A stretch of 64,000 bases of DNA from Lama guanicoe (lineage: Eukaryota). The stretch is from assembly GCA_013239625.1 (NCBI GenBank), contig MU054001.1:1804151-1868150 (forward strand). Direction: 5' to 3'. The translations under genes were made by a program, and so were the position numbers. This document shows, piece by piece, positions 26,560 to 40,053 of the stretch. The notes under the pieces were generated by a model. That model was not told the DNA's origin, did no database searches, and saw nothing but the letters and a program-made list of their open reading frames with translations. Every line of letters begins with the position of its first letter. The first letter of the stretch is position 1.

Positions 26560-29160
26560 CAAATATCTAAAAATCAAATAAATTCTACACACTCTTTCAG
26601 AAAACTGAAGAAGGCATACATCTCAACTCATTCTATGAAACTGTGATACCAAAATCAGATGAAGACATTACAAGAAAACTACATACAGTCCAATATTTTG
26701 AACAGAGATGAAAAATTCGTAACAAAATTTTAGCAAATGGAATCTAACAATATATAAAAAAGCTAATACAGCATGACTAAATGGGGTTTCTCCTAGGTAT
26801 GGAAGGTGGATTAAGTGTGAAAATTAATTAATGTTGACCAACAGACTAAAAAGCAAAAATGTGATCATTTCAATAGATGGATAAAAGGGATTTGAAACAT
26901 CAATTATCTATTCCTTATAAAAACTCATTAAATTTTGAATAAAGGGGAACATTCTCAATTTGATATGGTGCATCTATGGAAAAGTCAAAGCTAACATCAT
27001 ACTTTATGGTTAAAAACTAAATGCTTTCTCTATCAGAAAAAGGCAAGGATGTCTACTGTCATCACTTCTATTCAACACTATACTATACGTTCTAACAGGA
27101 ACAATCAAGCAAGAAAAAGAAATAAGTTATTAAGATTGGAAAGGAGGAAGTAAAATTTTCTTAATTCATATAAGTCATGATTTGTCTATATGGAAAATCC
27201 TGTGGAATGCAGAAAAAAGATGAAGTAAGAAGTGATTTTACTAAGTTGCATGACAGAAGTCAATATACAGAAAACTGTATGCTATATTGTAGAAACAATT
27301 ATAAATACAAATAAAAACAATAATATAATAAAATAAATGTCTTATACTAGTATCCAAATATGAAATATTTAGGAATATATCTGACAAAAGTTATATATGA
27401 CTAGTATATCTAAAACTATAAACATTGCTGAGAGAATTTCAAGACCCAAATAATTTTACAAACTGTATTTCAATTTAAAAAAAGATAAATATGATGCAAA
27501 AAAGACGGAAAAGACTTAAATAAATGGAAATATATATCATATTCATGGATTAAAAGACTCTACATTATTAATTCTTCCCAAACTGACCAACAGAGTCAAC
27601 ATAATCCAAGCAAAATCTCAGCAATGCTTTTGTAGAAACTGACATGCTGGTTCTAAAACCATAGGGAATGCAAAGGACCAAAAATGCTCAAAATAACTTT
27701 GAAAATGAAGAATTAAGTTGGAGGATTTATACTGACCAACTGCAAGATTTATGGTAAAAGTTATAGAATCAAGATTGTGTAGAACTGATATAAACAGATC
27801 AGTTCAGAAATACTCGTATGTATTAACTCACCTAATTTTTGACAAAGTTGGAAAGGCAATTCAGTATAGTTTTATTGAAAAATGGTGCTAGAACAACTGC
27901 ATACCCATGAGCAAAACATGAACTTTGATCCATATATTGTACTATAACAAAAAATTAACTCAAAATGGATCACAGACCTAAATGTTACCTAGAACTATAA
28001 AAACTTCTGGAAAAAAAATAGGAGAAAAATCTTTGTGATCTTGGATTATGCAAAGATTTCTTAGATAAAACAGCAAAAGTAGGATCCAAAAGGAAAAGAC
28101 AGATAAGCTGAATTTCACTGAAATTAGGAATTTCTGCTTGTAGAAAGACATTATTAAGATAATGAAAAGATCTGGAAAAAACATTTGCAAATCATATACT
28201 GATAAAGGACTTTTTTAAAAATAATATATAAACAATTCTTAAAGCTTAATAATTCTTTTTTTTTTTTCAATGGCCGTACCGGGAATTGACCCTAGGACCT
28301 CATGCATGCTATGCATGTGCTCTACCACTAAGCTATATTCATCCTCTAAAGCTCAAAAATTCTTAAAGCTCAATAATAAGAAAACAAAGAAGCCAATAAA
28401 AAATTGGCAAAATATCTGAATAGGTATTTTATTAAAGAAGACATTTACTAATGGCAAACAAGTACATGAAAAGATGTTCAACATCATTAATCATTAGGAA
28501 ATGCGAATTCAAACCACAATGTTCTACCATTACACATATATGAGAATTGCTAAGATTAAAAACACTGACCATACCAAGTGTTGCCAAGGATGTGAAGCAG
28601 CTAGACTTATTTACTGCCAGCAGAAATATAGTATGTTGAGACCAATTTTAAAAAGTTAAATATACACATATGACCCAGCCATTTAACTTACAGGTGCTTC
28701 CTCAAAAGAAATGACATGTCTAGACAAAGACCTGTATACTAATGTTCAGAGCAGCTCAATTTCTAATAGTCAATACAAATAGTGAATGAATAAATAAATT
28801 GTGGGATACTACATCACAACAGAATACAATTCAATAATAAAAAGGAACGAATTATCGATACATGCAATGACATGAACCTCAAAACAATAATGCTGCATAA
28901 AAGCCAGTCAAAAAGAGTATACACTGTCTTTTTATATAAAATTTAAAATATTGGATAGTGACATAAAGTTGCCTGGGGGTGGGGAATGGGCATGAGGGAA
29001 GGAAGTTTTGGGACGGAGGGATTACAAAGGGGCAGGAGAAAAATTTTGGGAGTGATGAATAGTTTATTATTTCAATTAATGTCAAATAATATAAATGTCA
29101 AAATTAAGCAAACTGTACACTTCAGAAATCGCTTTAAACTCAATATGTTTATTTTTAAAA
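26560..29160 (+). mobile_element. Old (L1M-type) LINE-1 ORF2 plus 3' UTR, degenerate, with a nested SINE
   Basis: Decayed ORF2 motifs (caacaaaattttagcaaat-like, aaggcaaggatgtctactgtcatcacttctattcaacac, aattaactcaaaatggatcacagacctaaatgt); many stops and indels. Confidence 0.88.
28258..28346 (-). mobile_element. Short tRNA-Ala-derived (Vic-1-like) SINE nested in old L1
   Basis: Reverse A/B boxes and poly(T); degenerate TSD taaagcttaataattctt / taaagctcaaaaattctt. Confidence 0.8.
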
Positions 29161-29171
29161 AAGATGCGCTA

Positions 29172-29612
29172 GCTGGGTCTGGTTCAAGATGGTGAACTCA
29201 CCCTTCTCTCACAGATACACTGAATCCACAGGTATATATAGAACAATTTCTTCTGAAAGCAACACTAGAACTAGCTAAGTGATTCCTACGTGACGGGCAA
29301 ATGAGAAAAAACCTACACTGAAACAGATAGGAGAGGCTGAGACATAATCTCGCCATAAACCCAATCCCACAATCAGGAGAAACTCACAACCCTGAGCTTC
29401 TCCCAAATGAGAAAAGGGTTTAAATCCTACACCTGGCATCTCAACTTTTTAGACCTACACCTGAGAGACAAATCCCCTAGCTCTGAAAGTCAACAGGGCT
29501 TAAATCCATGAGACACACAAGGCTTTAGGGAAATGAGAAACAGTCCTTAAATGGCTCATGTGGACTCAACAAGCTATCTTCCAGGGCCTAGTGCAGAGGC
29601 AGTGACTTCAAG
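29172..29612 (+). mobile_element. Probable isolated LINE-1 5' UTR fragment (laurasiatherian type)
   Basis: Begins ggttcaagatgg (YY1-type L1 start), followed by gaactcacc...acagataggagaggctgagacataatctcgcc-type motifs; no ORF1 follows. Confidence 0.6.
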
Positions 29613-30480
29613 GAATAATATATATCATATTTTCTCATATATTTTAAATCCATCATAATCTCTATACCACTTTTGATATTCATGATACAAAATATCTCTT
29701 TCAAAAATCTAGAAGCATAACACTGTATGTGAAAAACACACTTATTCATCTACATATGTAGTATTTATTCAAACACGCTTTCATCCTCAGCAATAAAAAG
29801 CTCTGTCATGAATTTATTCTGGACAACTAAGACATAAGCTTTCTGAAGATTGCTGGATAGGAAGAGAAATAACATTATCCTAGCTCCAAATTACTAGGAT
29901 CTAGGTCTCAGTAGGATAAGTTTCTGAGAAAGGTTTCCTACTGTCTTCTGCTTTTAAATGATTATACTGCTATAATCAACAAAATTATACTTTTAAAAAT
30001 TACAGGATGATCAGGGTCAGTATATGGTAATTGTGAATGAAAAACAAAATAGGCTATCAGTATATACTGAAAATAGAACTGATTACTAAAGTCTGCTGCT
30101 ACTTAATACAATTAGGATTTACTAAAAAAATTTCTTAAATGGTAGCTGATTAACTTAAAACCATACAATATTTAATTATTGTTTAAAATAATTTCCACAT
30201 CATGTAATATTCTCCATAATTTTCTTTTCAGCAATACAAACTACTATTTCCTTAGTTTGGGTCAGGAAGAAATCTCATTTCCAGAATTTCTAAAAATATT
30301 TTACATGTTTTATATGTCATTTTATTTAATAATAACAGACTGGCAAAAAAAAATCCTTACTTTCTACATTATTTGACTTTGATAAACTAACACTGTTGTC
30401 AAACTGATTTTACATTAATTAATGGGATTAATTCTATCGGCTGAGTCCCCTTTACCAAGGACTACATTATATATCGAAGG

Positions 30481-30650
30481 CAGTGGTTCTTCCCACTCAT
30501 GTGCATCAAAACTGTCTTTTTAAAAACACACATACCTGAGGTCCACTCTGATATTCTGATTCTGGAGCCAGGACATAGAGACCAGGCATGTCTAATTTTT
30601 GAAAAGTTGCTAAAGTGCTTCTCATAAGCACCTCTGACTGAGAACCACTG
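30481..30650. mobile_element. MER5-like hAT-Charlie non-autonomous DNA transposon
   Basis: Perfect TIR cagtggttct / agaaccactg; degenerate 8-bp TSD atcgaagg/atctaaag. Confidence 0.8.
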
Positions 30651-31899
30651 ATCTAAAGAAATAACTAACTTGATGAGGCTAGACATCACACCACCACTGA
30701 AGCATGGTCCCCGCCCAACCTCCCCTCTACTCCATCCAAATCTTTCCCTTTCATAATATCCCTTGGACTACTCCTCCTTGAATTAGTTAACACTTTTGTT
30801 TCCTGGTTCAAGGAAAGGCACTTAGAAGTCGAAAGGAATGGAGGTGAGCTGTTGCTCTCTTGGTAATAGATTATGGATATTATTGAGAGACAAATTAAGA
30901 AGACCAGAAAAATAAGATGACCAGAAAAAAAATTATTATAAAAAGAATATGATCTCTTTCATGGAACAATTAATTAATTTCCTTCTCTTACACCACATTT
31001 CCACATTTTTCATGGCAGCCTTCATTACTCTGGTGCTGATCGAAAAGTGATCTGTTCTTGTTTTTTCATGTATAAATTTCCTCTTTAGAGAAATAAGAAA
31101 TTTCTATGACCAAATTATATTTGAAAGAGGACTGGCCAAAATATTTTCATAATATGTCGCTTCAATGTGAATTTCTTTTGGTTGGCTCCCAAAACCTGAC
31201 TCATAAGAAAATAATCCTATGTTTTAAAGAAATGAAAGCAAAAAATTATATAATTATTAAAATATCACAACTTGTGATAGCCTTCTAGAATTCTATAGTC
31301 TTTGTAATTAGAAAAATCAATAACTGACAAATTTTTGTTTGTTTCTTTTGAACAGGGAAGAAACACAAATGTAAGTAAGAAATCAGTGTACTTAATTTAT
31401 GTAGACCTTTAACAATATTCTATACAAAAGGTTTTCCTAAAAATAAAGTTACTATGAAAGTAGATTTACTGATGAATAACTGGTTTACAGAAAACAAGGA
31501 AAAGGGGGTATAATAAGGATTTTTCTTTGACAGAGAATTAATAGCTCTGCTCAAAACTGAGCAAGATGAGGTAGAAGAATTCGCAACTTTTCTGGAAGAC
31601 AATTTAGAAGGAAATACTTATCAAATTTTTAAATGCACATATGTTTTGACTAAGCAATTACACTTCTGATTTATCTTACAGAAACTTGTTCAAGGGCTCA
31701 ATGTTCAATGTAGTATTGTTTAAAACTGGAATATCCACTAAAGAGGAATAGTTAAATTAACATCATATGATACTATGTAGTAATTCTAAAACTAGAGTAT
31801 TAATTGTATACCAAACACTAAATTAAAAATTCAAAAATCACACTAAACCTGTTGAATAAAGAAGTGCTAAAATTTTATGATGCTAAGACATATTCTTAC

Positions 31900-32037
31900 C
31901 AAATGTCTTGTGTCAGGCCGTGAAGCTTGCAATTGTTCAAACTCTTCTATTTTTGCAAGATCTACATCTTCTTTTAGTTCCCAAGTGCTATCTTCATATG
32001 GTAATGAGCACCACTTGACTAAGTAGTAAATAACAGG
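31900..32037 (-). CDS. CHD9: CHD9 exon ~10 (138 nt): [26 protein letters not shown]...RPDTRHL, chromodomain 2
   Basis: Acceptor ttacag|CCT, donor TTG|gtaaga. Confidence 0.95.
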
Positions 32038-32257
32038 CTGTAAAAAATTTTTTTTCATTTTACTATTTTGAAAAATAGTAAAACAGTGTAATCTGAGAAT
32101 CCCCAGAAATAGTTTAAATATATTAACCTACATCAATAAAAATGAATGAACTTTTTAAAAGTGTTTCTAGGTCATTAACTTTAAAAAAATAACGTTTTAA
32201 TACTTGTAAAGTTTTGGGTTTTCATTACTTAAAAAAATATTTTTACCAAATATTTAC

Positions 32258-32344
32258 CTCACCGGTATCTTTATCTTCACAAAAAGAGACTTCTAACACT
32301 CTGTCTACTTCAACGTAGTCTGGGTTAAATGGTTCTTCTTCCAT
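32258..32344 (-). CDS. CHD9: CHD9 exon ~9 (87 nt): MEEEPFNPDYVEVDRVLEVSFCEDKDTGE, start of chromodomain 2
   Basis: Acceptor tttcag|ATG, donor GAG|gtaaat. Confidence 0.94.
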
Positions 32345-32353
32345 CTGAAATTA

Positions 32354-32425
32354 AAAGGTAAGTTAATATTTGACTTAATATTGAAATAAAGGTAAGTTAA
32401 TATTTGACTTAATATTGAAATAAAG
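32354..32425. repeat. Perfect 34-bp tandem duplication (2.1 copies)
   Basis: aaaggtaagttaatatttgacttaatattgaaat at 32354-32387 and 32388-32421, then aaag. Confidence 0.95.
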
Positions 32426-32984
32426 ACAAATTTACTAGCTCTTCTCTATAGAACACTTAAGTTTGATTTAAATTAAATTTCCAAAAATGGAATACTTCTA
32501 TTTTAATTTTCAAAAGATATCTAGGATATCTGTCTGTATTATGAATCACCATGTTATATATAATAAAACTAACTAAAGAGCATCAAAAAATAAGGTATCC
32601 CAGACATATGAGTTACTCTAGAAGATGCGTTCTTTAAAAATTTCCCAAAGGGAACCTCTATACCTTTCTCTTGCTATTTTCATCAGGTCCAAGAATTGCT
32701 GCCCCTCCTCCTGTTAACCTCTAAATTTTGTAGTATTCCATGGCTGTGCCTTTAGTTCTCTTCACTATCTTAAACCTTTTCTGAGCAGTATTATCATTCC
32801 CAGGTACAGGACACACTTGGTAACAAAGAGTACTGTCCAACATTAGAATGATAATAAGGTTGCCTAAGAAAATCTGCACAGCTCCAATTTATGTTGTACC
32901 TGAGTCACATGAGAAAAACAAATCTTCATGAAAAACCAAAAGATTATTAGTTAAGTACTTCTAAAATCTTCAGCTCATCAGAAA

Positions 32985-33800
32985 CTTCTATATCAGAGTG
33001 AGAAGGGGAGAAAATTTTGAGAACCTTCCAGCATCCATAAACTGATATGATAGGTGGTTACAATCATCAAATTTGTGAAGCAGATTTTTATAATTACGAA
33101 GAAATAGTAGTAGCTTCATGGTGGAAAAATATGCCAGATACCACCACAATCTAGTGATTAAAGTTAACACCACCAGTAATGGGGCAAATGGGTATTATGT
33201 ACCTCCTGATGTGATTCACTGAGAAGCATATTGCAACATTTCTGTGATGTTCTTATAAAAAGTGAATGACCTAGAGCTGAGGAAACATCAGATAACCCCA
33301 AAATGAAAGATATGCTACAAAATAAACCACCTATATATACTTAAAAAAAATGTCCAAGTAATGAAAAACAGAAAGATTAAGGGAGACATGATAACTAAAT
33401 ACATTATGTGCTGCAGGATTGAATTCTGGACCAGACTAAGCACACACACACATTTTTTTGTTATAAAAATACCAGTGGAACAGTTAGTGAAATATGAACG
33501 TTTACAGATAATAATACTACACCACTGTTAATTATACTATTATTATATAAGAAGATGTTTATAGAAAATACAGAAGTTGAGACAACTTTCAAATAATTTA
33601 GAAAAAAATATATGTGCATGGGAGAGAGGCAGAGGCAGAAAGAGAGGGGTGCACAGAGACAGGGAGAATCAATGTGAATGATAAAGCAAACATGGTAAAA
33701 TAGTAATATTTAGGGGACCTGGTTAAAATATATATGGGAATTTGTTGTACTATTTCTGCAACTTTAGTGTTCAAAATAAAAAGTCTAAAAATTTTTTCAG
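32985..33800 (+). mobile_element. Old L1MC-type 3' UTR fragment
   Basis: gtgattaaagttaacaccaccagtaatgggg, gaggaaacatcaga, gtactatttctgcaacttt. Confidence 0.7.
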
Positions 33801-34346
33801 ATAAAAAGTTAAAAAAATGTAGATGAATCTAAAACTGTTCTTTAAAAAAGTCTATTAGAAGAAAAAAGAAAAAAAATTAGAGCAAGAAAGGACATCAGAT
33901 TTTTAGTGAGGCCTGGAAAGGTTAATGAATTTTTCCAATGATGTCTGTTATTGCACACATATAACATATAGAAAATAAGCAATATACTTCAAGTACTGAA
34001 AAATCTTATTTCCCAAGTATTTCCTATGTTACCATTTCCTTTCTTGAGGAAATCTGCTAACAGAATACTTAATATATTGACACACTCACATTCAACTCTA
34101 AAAAGTATTAAATACATGCTAATTTAAAAATACAAGAGTTATCTACCATTCATTATTAGTGTTCCTGTTTTAGCTATTTTCCAAGCTGAGTATGAAGGAA
34201 GAAAAATTACTGTATGTAGGTAGCATTTGTATTCAAATGTCAAAAGTGGAAGCCTAAGAATTAAAATGAATAATACTTAAATTTGTGATACATAATGTAC
34301 TACAGGTGCTCAGAGTTCACACATAATATTCTTTTTTTTTCCTTAC

Positions 34347-34464
34347 ATCTGCAAAAAAATGTGCTCTTTGTGCTTGTCTCAATTTGAATCGTTTGATTTT
34401 CTGCTGGATCCTTTTATCTTTCAGAAGCTGCTGTTCTGTGGCCCACTCACAGTGAAGATAGGAG
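34347..34464 (-). CDS. CHD9: CHD9 exon ~8 (118 nt): (Y)[27 protein letters not shown]...FFAD
   Basis: Acceptor ttttag|C, donor GAT|gtaagg; SYLHCEW chromodomain motif. Confidence 0.94.
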
Positions 34465-35160
34465 CTAAAATTTTTATAAAAGCAATATATTAGAATGATA
34501 TAGAGAACCATGTTTTGATTTTTTTAGATTTATTTTTAATCATGGCATCTAAAACAAAACATTATCTTCAACTTTACAAACAGGTAGTTCATCATTTCAT
34601 TTAATGTCAATAGACTCCATATAATTACTAAAATAAAGCCATTGTAATCACTATATCCTAAAAAGATTGTAGTCTAAAGGTCTGTAATTTGCCATATAGA
34701 AACAGGTTAAACTGAATTGTAAGGATAACAGGATGTGATTTATCATTTATTTCTTCATTATAATAGTTTTGTCATGATTAGAAAACTAACTTGTTTTGAA
34801 ATCAATGTAATTTTAATTAAAACATTTTCTTTCGCCAAAGTGTAAGAAAAAGTTGAATAAAACCTGAAAAGTTCAATGATATAAACATAATGAATAATGT
34901 CTATAATTTGTAAGGACATAATTTATAATATTTCTGCATTTTCATGTAAACAATTAATGTTTTTTGAAAAAAATTCAATTTTAACATGAAAGGTTTTCAA
35001 AGTCTTCTCACTTTTTAATGATATTTTTAAGTTCTTGAGCTAACAAATAATATTTTAAAATGCAGATAAAATAAAATCAAAATTTAACTTAATATACTTA
35101 AGTATATGAATTCATATTTAAATCGTATCTTTCTATTATTTTTCTAACTTAAATACTTAC

Positions 35161-35216
35161 TAATTCTTGTATTTTACAAAAAATTCTTCTGTATCAATCA
35201 TCACTCCAGGTGATAT
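35161..35216 (-). CDS. CHD9: CHD9 exon ~7 (56 nt): ISPGVMIDTEEFFVKYKN(Y), chromodomain 1
   Basis: Acceptor tcttag|ATA, donor TA|gtaagt; preceded by an 83-nt intron. Confidence 0.93.
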
Positions 35217-35299
35217 CTAAGAAAACAAATTAAATAATTATGACTTTTAAAATTGGGGTGAGGAATATAAAATATAAAACGTAATGTATCATTACTTAC

Positions 35300-35368
35300 T
35301 TCCTTTTTTATAATTCTAGAAGATAGTATTTTGTCCACAATTGCAGCATCTTCTTCACTCGGATTCTC
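35300..35368 (-). CDS. CHD9: CHD9 exon ~6 (69 nt): ENPSEEDAAIVDKILSSRIIKKE, start of chromodomain 1
   Basis: Acceptor catag|GAG, donor GAA|gtaagt. Confidence 0.93.
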
Positions 35369-36252
35369 CTATGTGAGGCAGGAAAAAAAATATGGTGGTA
35401 TATTCTGAAAATTCGTTTAGTTGCCACTTTGTATGTTTATGAATACACTGAATTTCAACAAACATTTACTTAACACATATGCCAGGCACCATGTTAAATG
35501 TCAGGAATACAAAAATGAAAAAATCGATTGTTACTGTCCTCATCATCACAGCAAACATAATTGTGCTTTTCAATGTGTCAGATATTATTCTAAGCACTTT
35601 ACGTATATTAACTAATTTAATCTTTGTCACTACACTGTAAGGTAGGTACTATTATCATCTCCTTTCTCAGATTAAGAAGCCCAGGCAAAGAGAAGATAAG
35701 TACTTATTCAAAGTATCATGTAACTCAGCTAACAGATGAGTGTTTGGTTTACAATCTTGATAAGGGAGATGAAAAGAACTGTGCATATGCACAATGCATA
35801 TGCAAAGACATAAAGGTGTCAAAACATGGCATTTAGGCAACTACATTCATAAAACCAGACGACTGAGTGTTTGTAGAGAAGTAGAAGGACATGTGCTAAA
35901 AAGACATGGTTAATTTGTAAGATTTAGGATACCACTGGAGTTTTCAGTAGAAAAGTACTATGATTAGGCTTATAACTTAGAAATATTCTGCAAAAAGGAT
36001 AGAGTTTGGAGGAATTTTAGAAATATATATTAAGGAGACAAAAAATGTGCTAAAAAATTCAAAGAAGTAAAGATAAAAAAGGAGAGAACAAATCCCTAGG
36101 TTTCTGATACGAATAATTAATGGTTCTATTAACACAATATGGAATGCAGGAGGAAAAGTTGGAGCAAATTTTAGGAGGAAAGATAATGCAAATATTAAAA
36201 AATTCATGTTGGTTTAAAATGTTTTACAGTCATAATCCAAAATGTGTCTTAC

Positions 36253-36399
36253 CACAAATAACTGTAAAGGCTGTTCACCAGGTAAAGGAGCTGAATTCTT
36301 TTTTATTTTCATGGAGCCTTTAACCTCTTCTTCAGATTGTTTCCCTTCTGCATCTTCTGCATATTTTTTCCTTTTAATTTGTCGATTTGATCTTCTTTT
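36253..36399 (-). CDS. CHD9: CHD9 exon ~5 (147 nt): KRRSNRQIKRKKY...EQPLQLFV
   Basis: Acceptor ttacag|AAA, donor GTG|gtaaga; KRRSxRQ(V/I)KRKKY motif typical of CHD6-9. Confidence 0.94.
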
Positions 36400-39185
36400 C
36401 TGTAATGAACCATAAGAATCATACTTAGATGATTTATTTTACTTTATTTTTTATGATTTATTTTAAAGGAAAGATTTAAAAAATAATTACTTCTAGTGTG
36501 GCAATTTTGTATATTAAATTTCCAAAATTATATTTAACATTCATCTTTTCTCATTTTTCCTTTTAATTAAAGGAAGATTATAATTTGCTCTTTGCCAAAG
36601 GTTAGTTTTACTTCCTAAAGTTTCAAATAACAACTACTAATAATACCTTTATTACTTTTCTTAAGAAATTGTTAATAAATAGATTTCTTTTTTAACTACC
36701 TTACAGCTTGGAAAACACATATTTTAAACTATAATACTCTCACAGTTTTTACCCAAAACCTAAAAAGTACATTGGACAAATACTGTTGAACAATCAGGGC
36801 CATAAAACTAAAAGAAGAAATTAATATTTGCTACACGACCCATGAACTTGTGCTTAAAACAGAAAAAAAAAACCCAGATAATATACGTTTTAAAAGAGAT
36901 ACATAAAATAACAAAGTATTAAATCTACCAGATAATTAAATGTGAATGAAGGAGGAGCCAGTGTTTTACTACCTTTACTAGCTTGCCTTAAGAATAAAAT
37001 ACATCGCTGTCATAAAAACAGAAGTAAGCTTTTTAAAAAGTACTATGTGTAGTCACATAATTTTAAAATAATCTAAAAAATTTAAAATCAGGTATCAAGT
37101 CTACATGGCTTTACTTACCTCCCTAAATACTTAATATTTGATGTTCCCATTATATAAATCTCACAATGACTTAAAAATCCCAAAAGACTTAGGTTTGCTT
37201 CTTCTCACCTCTCTAGAATCTCACGGCTGGAGGCATCTCAGCCACCTGTTCTACTGCTCAATATTCCTTCTTCCTTTTACCACTCTTCTGTGTATTTAGT
37301 AACTCCCATGACATTCCCCTCAAATGCAACGAACAGAATAACCCATGTGTTCTTTTGGTTTCTGCCAATGTCTTCAATTTGGCAGGTCTTTCATACTTCT
37401 AAAGTCATGACAAAAATGGCTAAATCAGTGCAATAGTGTGAGGACAAACTGTTATTTGCATCCAGAAATGTTGCAGTAGCCTTTAGAGTGTCTCTGACTC
37501 TTTCCCTTGAGAGTAGAATACTGAAAGAAAGGCACTACTGTGGTGAGTTAGCTTAGCCAAATGTAGTAGAAAACTCCATGCCTCATTTATGGGTCACCGC
37601 CTCTCAGCCATGAAGGTATTTACATTTTCAAAACTCTAAGTAACACTTCTGTCATTATGGGAGACAGGAAGGTGATACATAAAAATTATTAAAAAGGACT
37701 TCTAGAAACCCACTTTCCCAATATGCTGTTTAGAAAAGATATGAAATATTTATTATTCCCTGGGATGGAAAATTCTATGGATCTCTAATTTAATCCCAGG
37801 CTAAAGGAATGTTTGGAGTTCATTTATGGGCATCACACAGTTCTTAATGCTCAAGACTAGTTTAAACTAATAACCATCCATGACATTTATTATTCTAACA
37901 ATAACATGTATTACCACTGTTATATCTCATTAAGCACAAATTTACTAAATAATGAAGTTTGGGATTAATTCAGTATACTCTCAGAACATTCTGGAAGATG
38001 TTTTCAGCATTAAAGTTTCCTTTCTGGTCACTTAGGCATCTATTGGTACTTTGAAATGCCTCACTTAGTCCTTAGTAAATAGTAAATAAGTGGCCTGAAA
38101 GAATCCTTTCAACTCACAGAAGTGCACATTCAGATAATTCTTCACAAGTAGAATGAGAGCCACTAACTGTAAACTGCTCCCTCATCCTATGAAGACATTA
38201 TCAGTCTCTAAGAGCAATTTAAATAACTGAGTTATAAGGTTATAGTTGATTTCATCATAAATTATATTCCACTAGAGCACAGTTACATATTAGGCAAAGC
38301 CAGATAAGGTGCCACTCTCACCAATTATCTTCCTTGTTATACAACAGTTCTACTACTTTAAAAAATACAAAATCTAATGTGATGTCCACATTTTTGGATA
38401 ATGTGTTTGTCTGTTTTTCTGGCTTTCTTTCTCCATAATGTTTTTTAAAGCACAATTTAAAACAGTGAAAAATTCTTTCTTTGAATTTCTTTTTTTCTAG
38501 TTTTTTTATGTCTTAAAGGCTTTAATATTCAATAGATCAGTCAACAGCACTTTACATAAGAGGTCAGAAACATGCTTTTACATGACTACATATTTCATTA
38601 TGATAACATATCACTGGTTTCCTATAATAATCCTAATAAAATGTGCTTCAGGGACTTTTTAAAATAAGTCTCTAAATACAGTTAGACTACTAGGTTCTCT
38701 CTATTAGGTTAAAAAACTAAACATGATATTCACATTTTTAGATTTCCACCTGACTCTAAACCTTAAATTACTTTTCATGCCTTCAAATCTTGACAATCCA
38801 TTGTGGTTGAAAGCTACCTTTATATACATATTTATGTATAGTTTATGTAATAATATGTTTAAATACACCAATAATTGATTTACAGTTGTTTACTAGAAAA
38901 TATTTCTTTCCTTCCCCATTAATTTTTTTGTGTTAAAGCAATATACTTGTCACAGCAACCTAATACTACAGTGAAAGGAATGGAAGAAATGTGCATGTTA
39001 ACCTATTCTACCATTTCATCGTTTGGTAATTACATAATGGAAAAATGGCCAGCATTATTTTAGTAAAAATTTAATTAAATTTCCTCATGTTGAATAAGTT
39101 AATTATATGTTTGCCTCAGTTAAGGATAACATATGAAGAAAAAGCCAGGCCATATAATATTAGGAGCTTCAGTCACTGCCCTTAC

Positions 39186-39243
39186 CTCAACTCTTGCAGC
39201 AGCCCAGGAGCCTTGAGCCACTACTCTCCCATTGGATAAGAAG
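39186..39243 (-). other. Candidate 58-nt stop-containing (poison) cassette exon in intron 4
   Basis: Acceptor cctttcttcttccttatgcag|CTT, donor GAG|gtaagg; in-frame TGA. Confidence 0.35.
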
Positions 39244-39941
39244 CTGCATAAGGAAGAAGAAAGGCCATTCAGGGGCTTTCTGGCCCCATAATGCAACAAC
39301 TGCCACCACCCCTATGGCCTAGAGTCGTACTTTAATTATTAGAGAGCGGAGGGTGGCCTGAATTATGACCTTCACTATGCATATATTTAACTTCACAAGG
39401 TTATTTTGAATATCCACCTATTCAAAAAGAAAAAAGGCAAAATGCACAGTATTTTTGTCTCCATTAGGGGATTTTTAATATAATTGTTTATCTTTTCTTC
39501 AACAGAAGCAGACCATAGGAATTAACTCTAGGAATGATTCAACCCATATGCTTTATCATTTGTATGTGATTTTAAAAATTAATATCTCTATCATCAAATT
39601 TATTCAAAAGTACTCTGTAAGCACAGGATAATATCGCTAGATACTTCCCCATGCTAAAAACCATCAGGGACTCTGTATTGTTACTTAAACTCTCTGGGCT
39701 TCAATTTCATTATCTGAAAGTTGAGGGGCTTGGAGAGGATGTGTAAGTTTCCTCCCAGGTCTAACATTCTACAGTAATACTACTAGGACAATATTCTAAT
39801 AATGCTCTCATATAAGTTCTATCATACAATAAAATGTATTTTTAGCCACTAAACTATAATATAAATATCCATAATACAATATTATGCTATCTAAATAATT
39901 CTGCCAGTGACTTATTTCTCAGAAAAAATTTTAATACTCAC

Positions 39942-40053
39942 TTGAGAGTCTTCCTCTTTGAATGTATGCTGTGGCATCTGCTCCACATCAGAAATTTCAT
40001 CAGAAGATTCCTTTTTCCTTTTTTGTTTCTTACCCAATGTAATAATGAGTTTG
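39942..40053 (-). CDS. CHD9: CHD9 exon ~4 (112 nt): (G)KLIITLGKKQKRKKESSDEISDVEQMPQHTFKEEDSQ
   Basis: Acceptor gaaacag|C, donor CAA|gtgagt; phase 2 to 0. Confidence 0.93.

Noticed and set aside
37113..37170. Consensus donor GAG|gtaagt at 37119
   Set aside because: Only a weak AAG acceptor with a poor pyrimidine tract upstream; isolated donor matches are common
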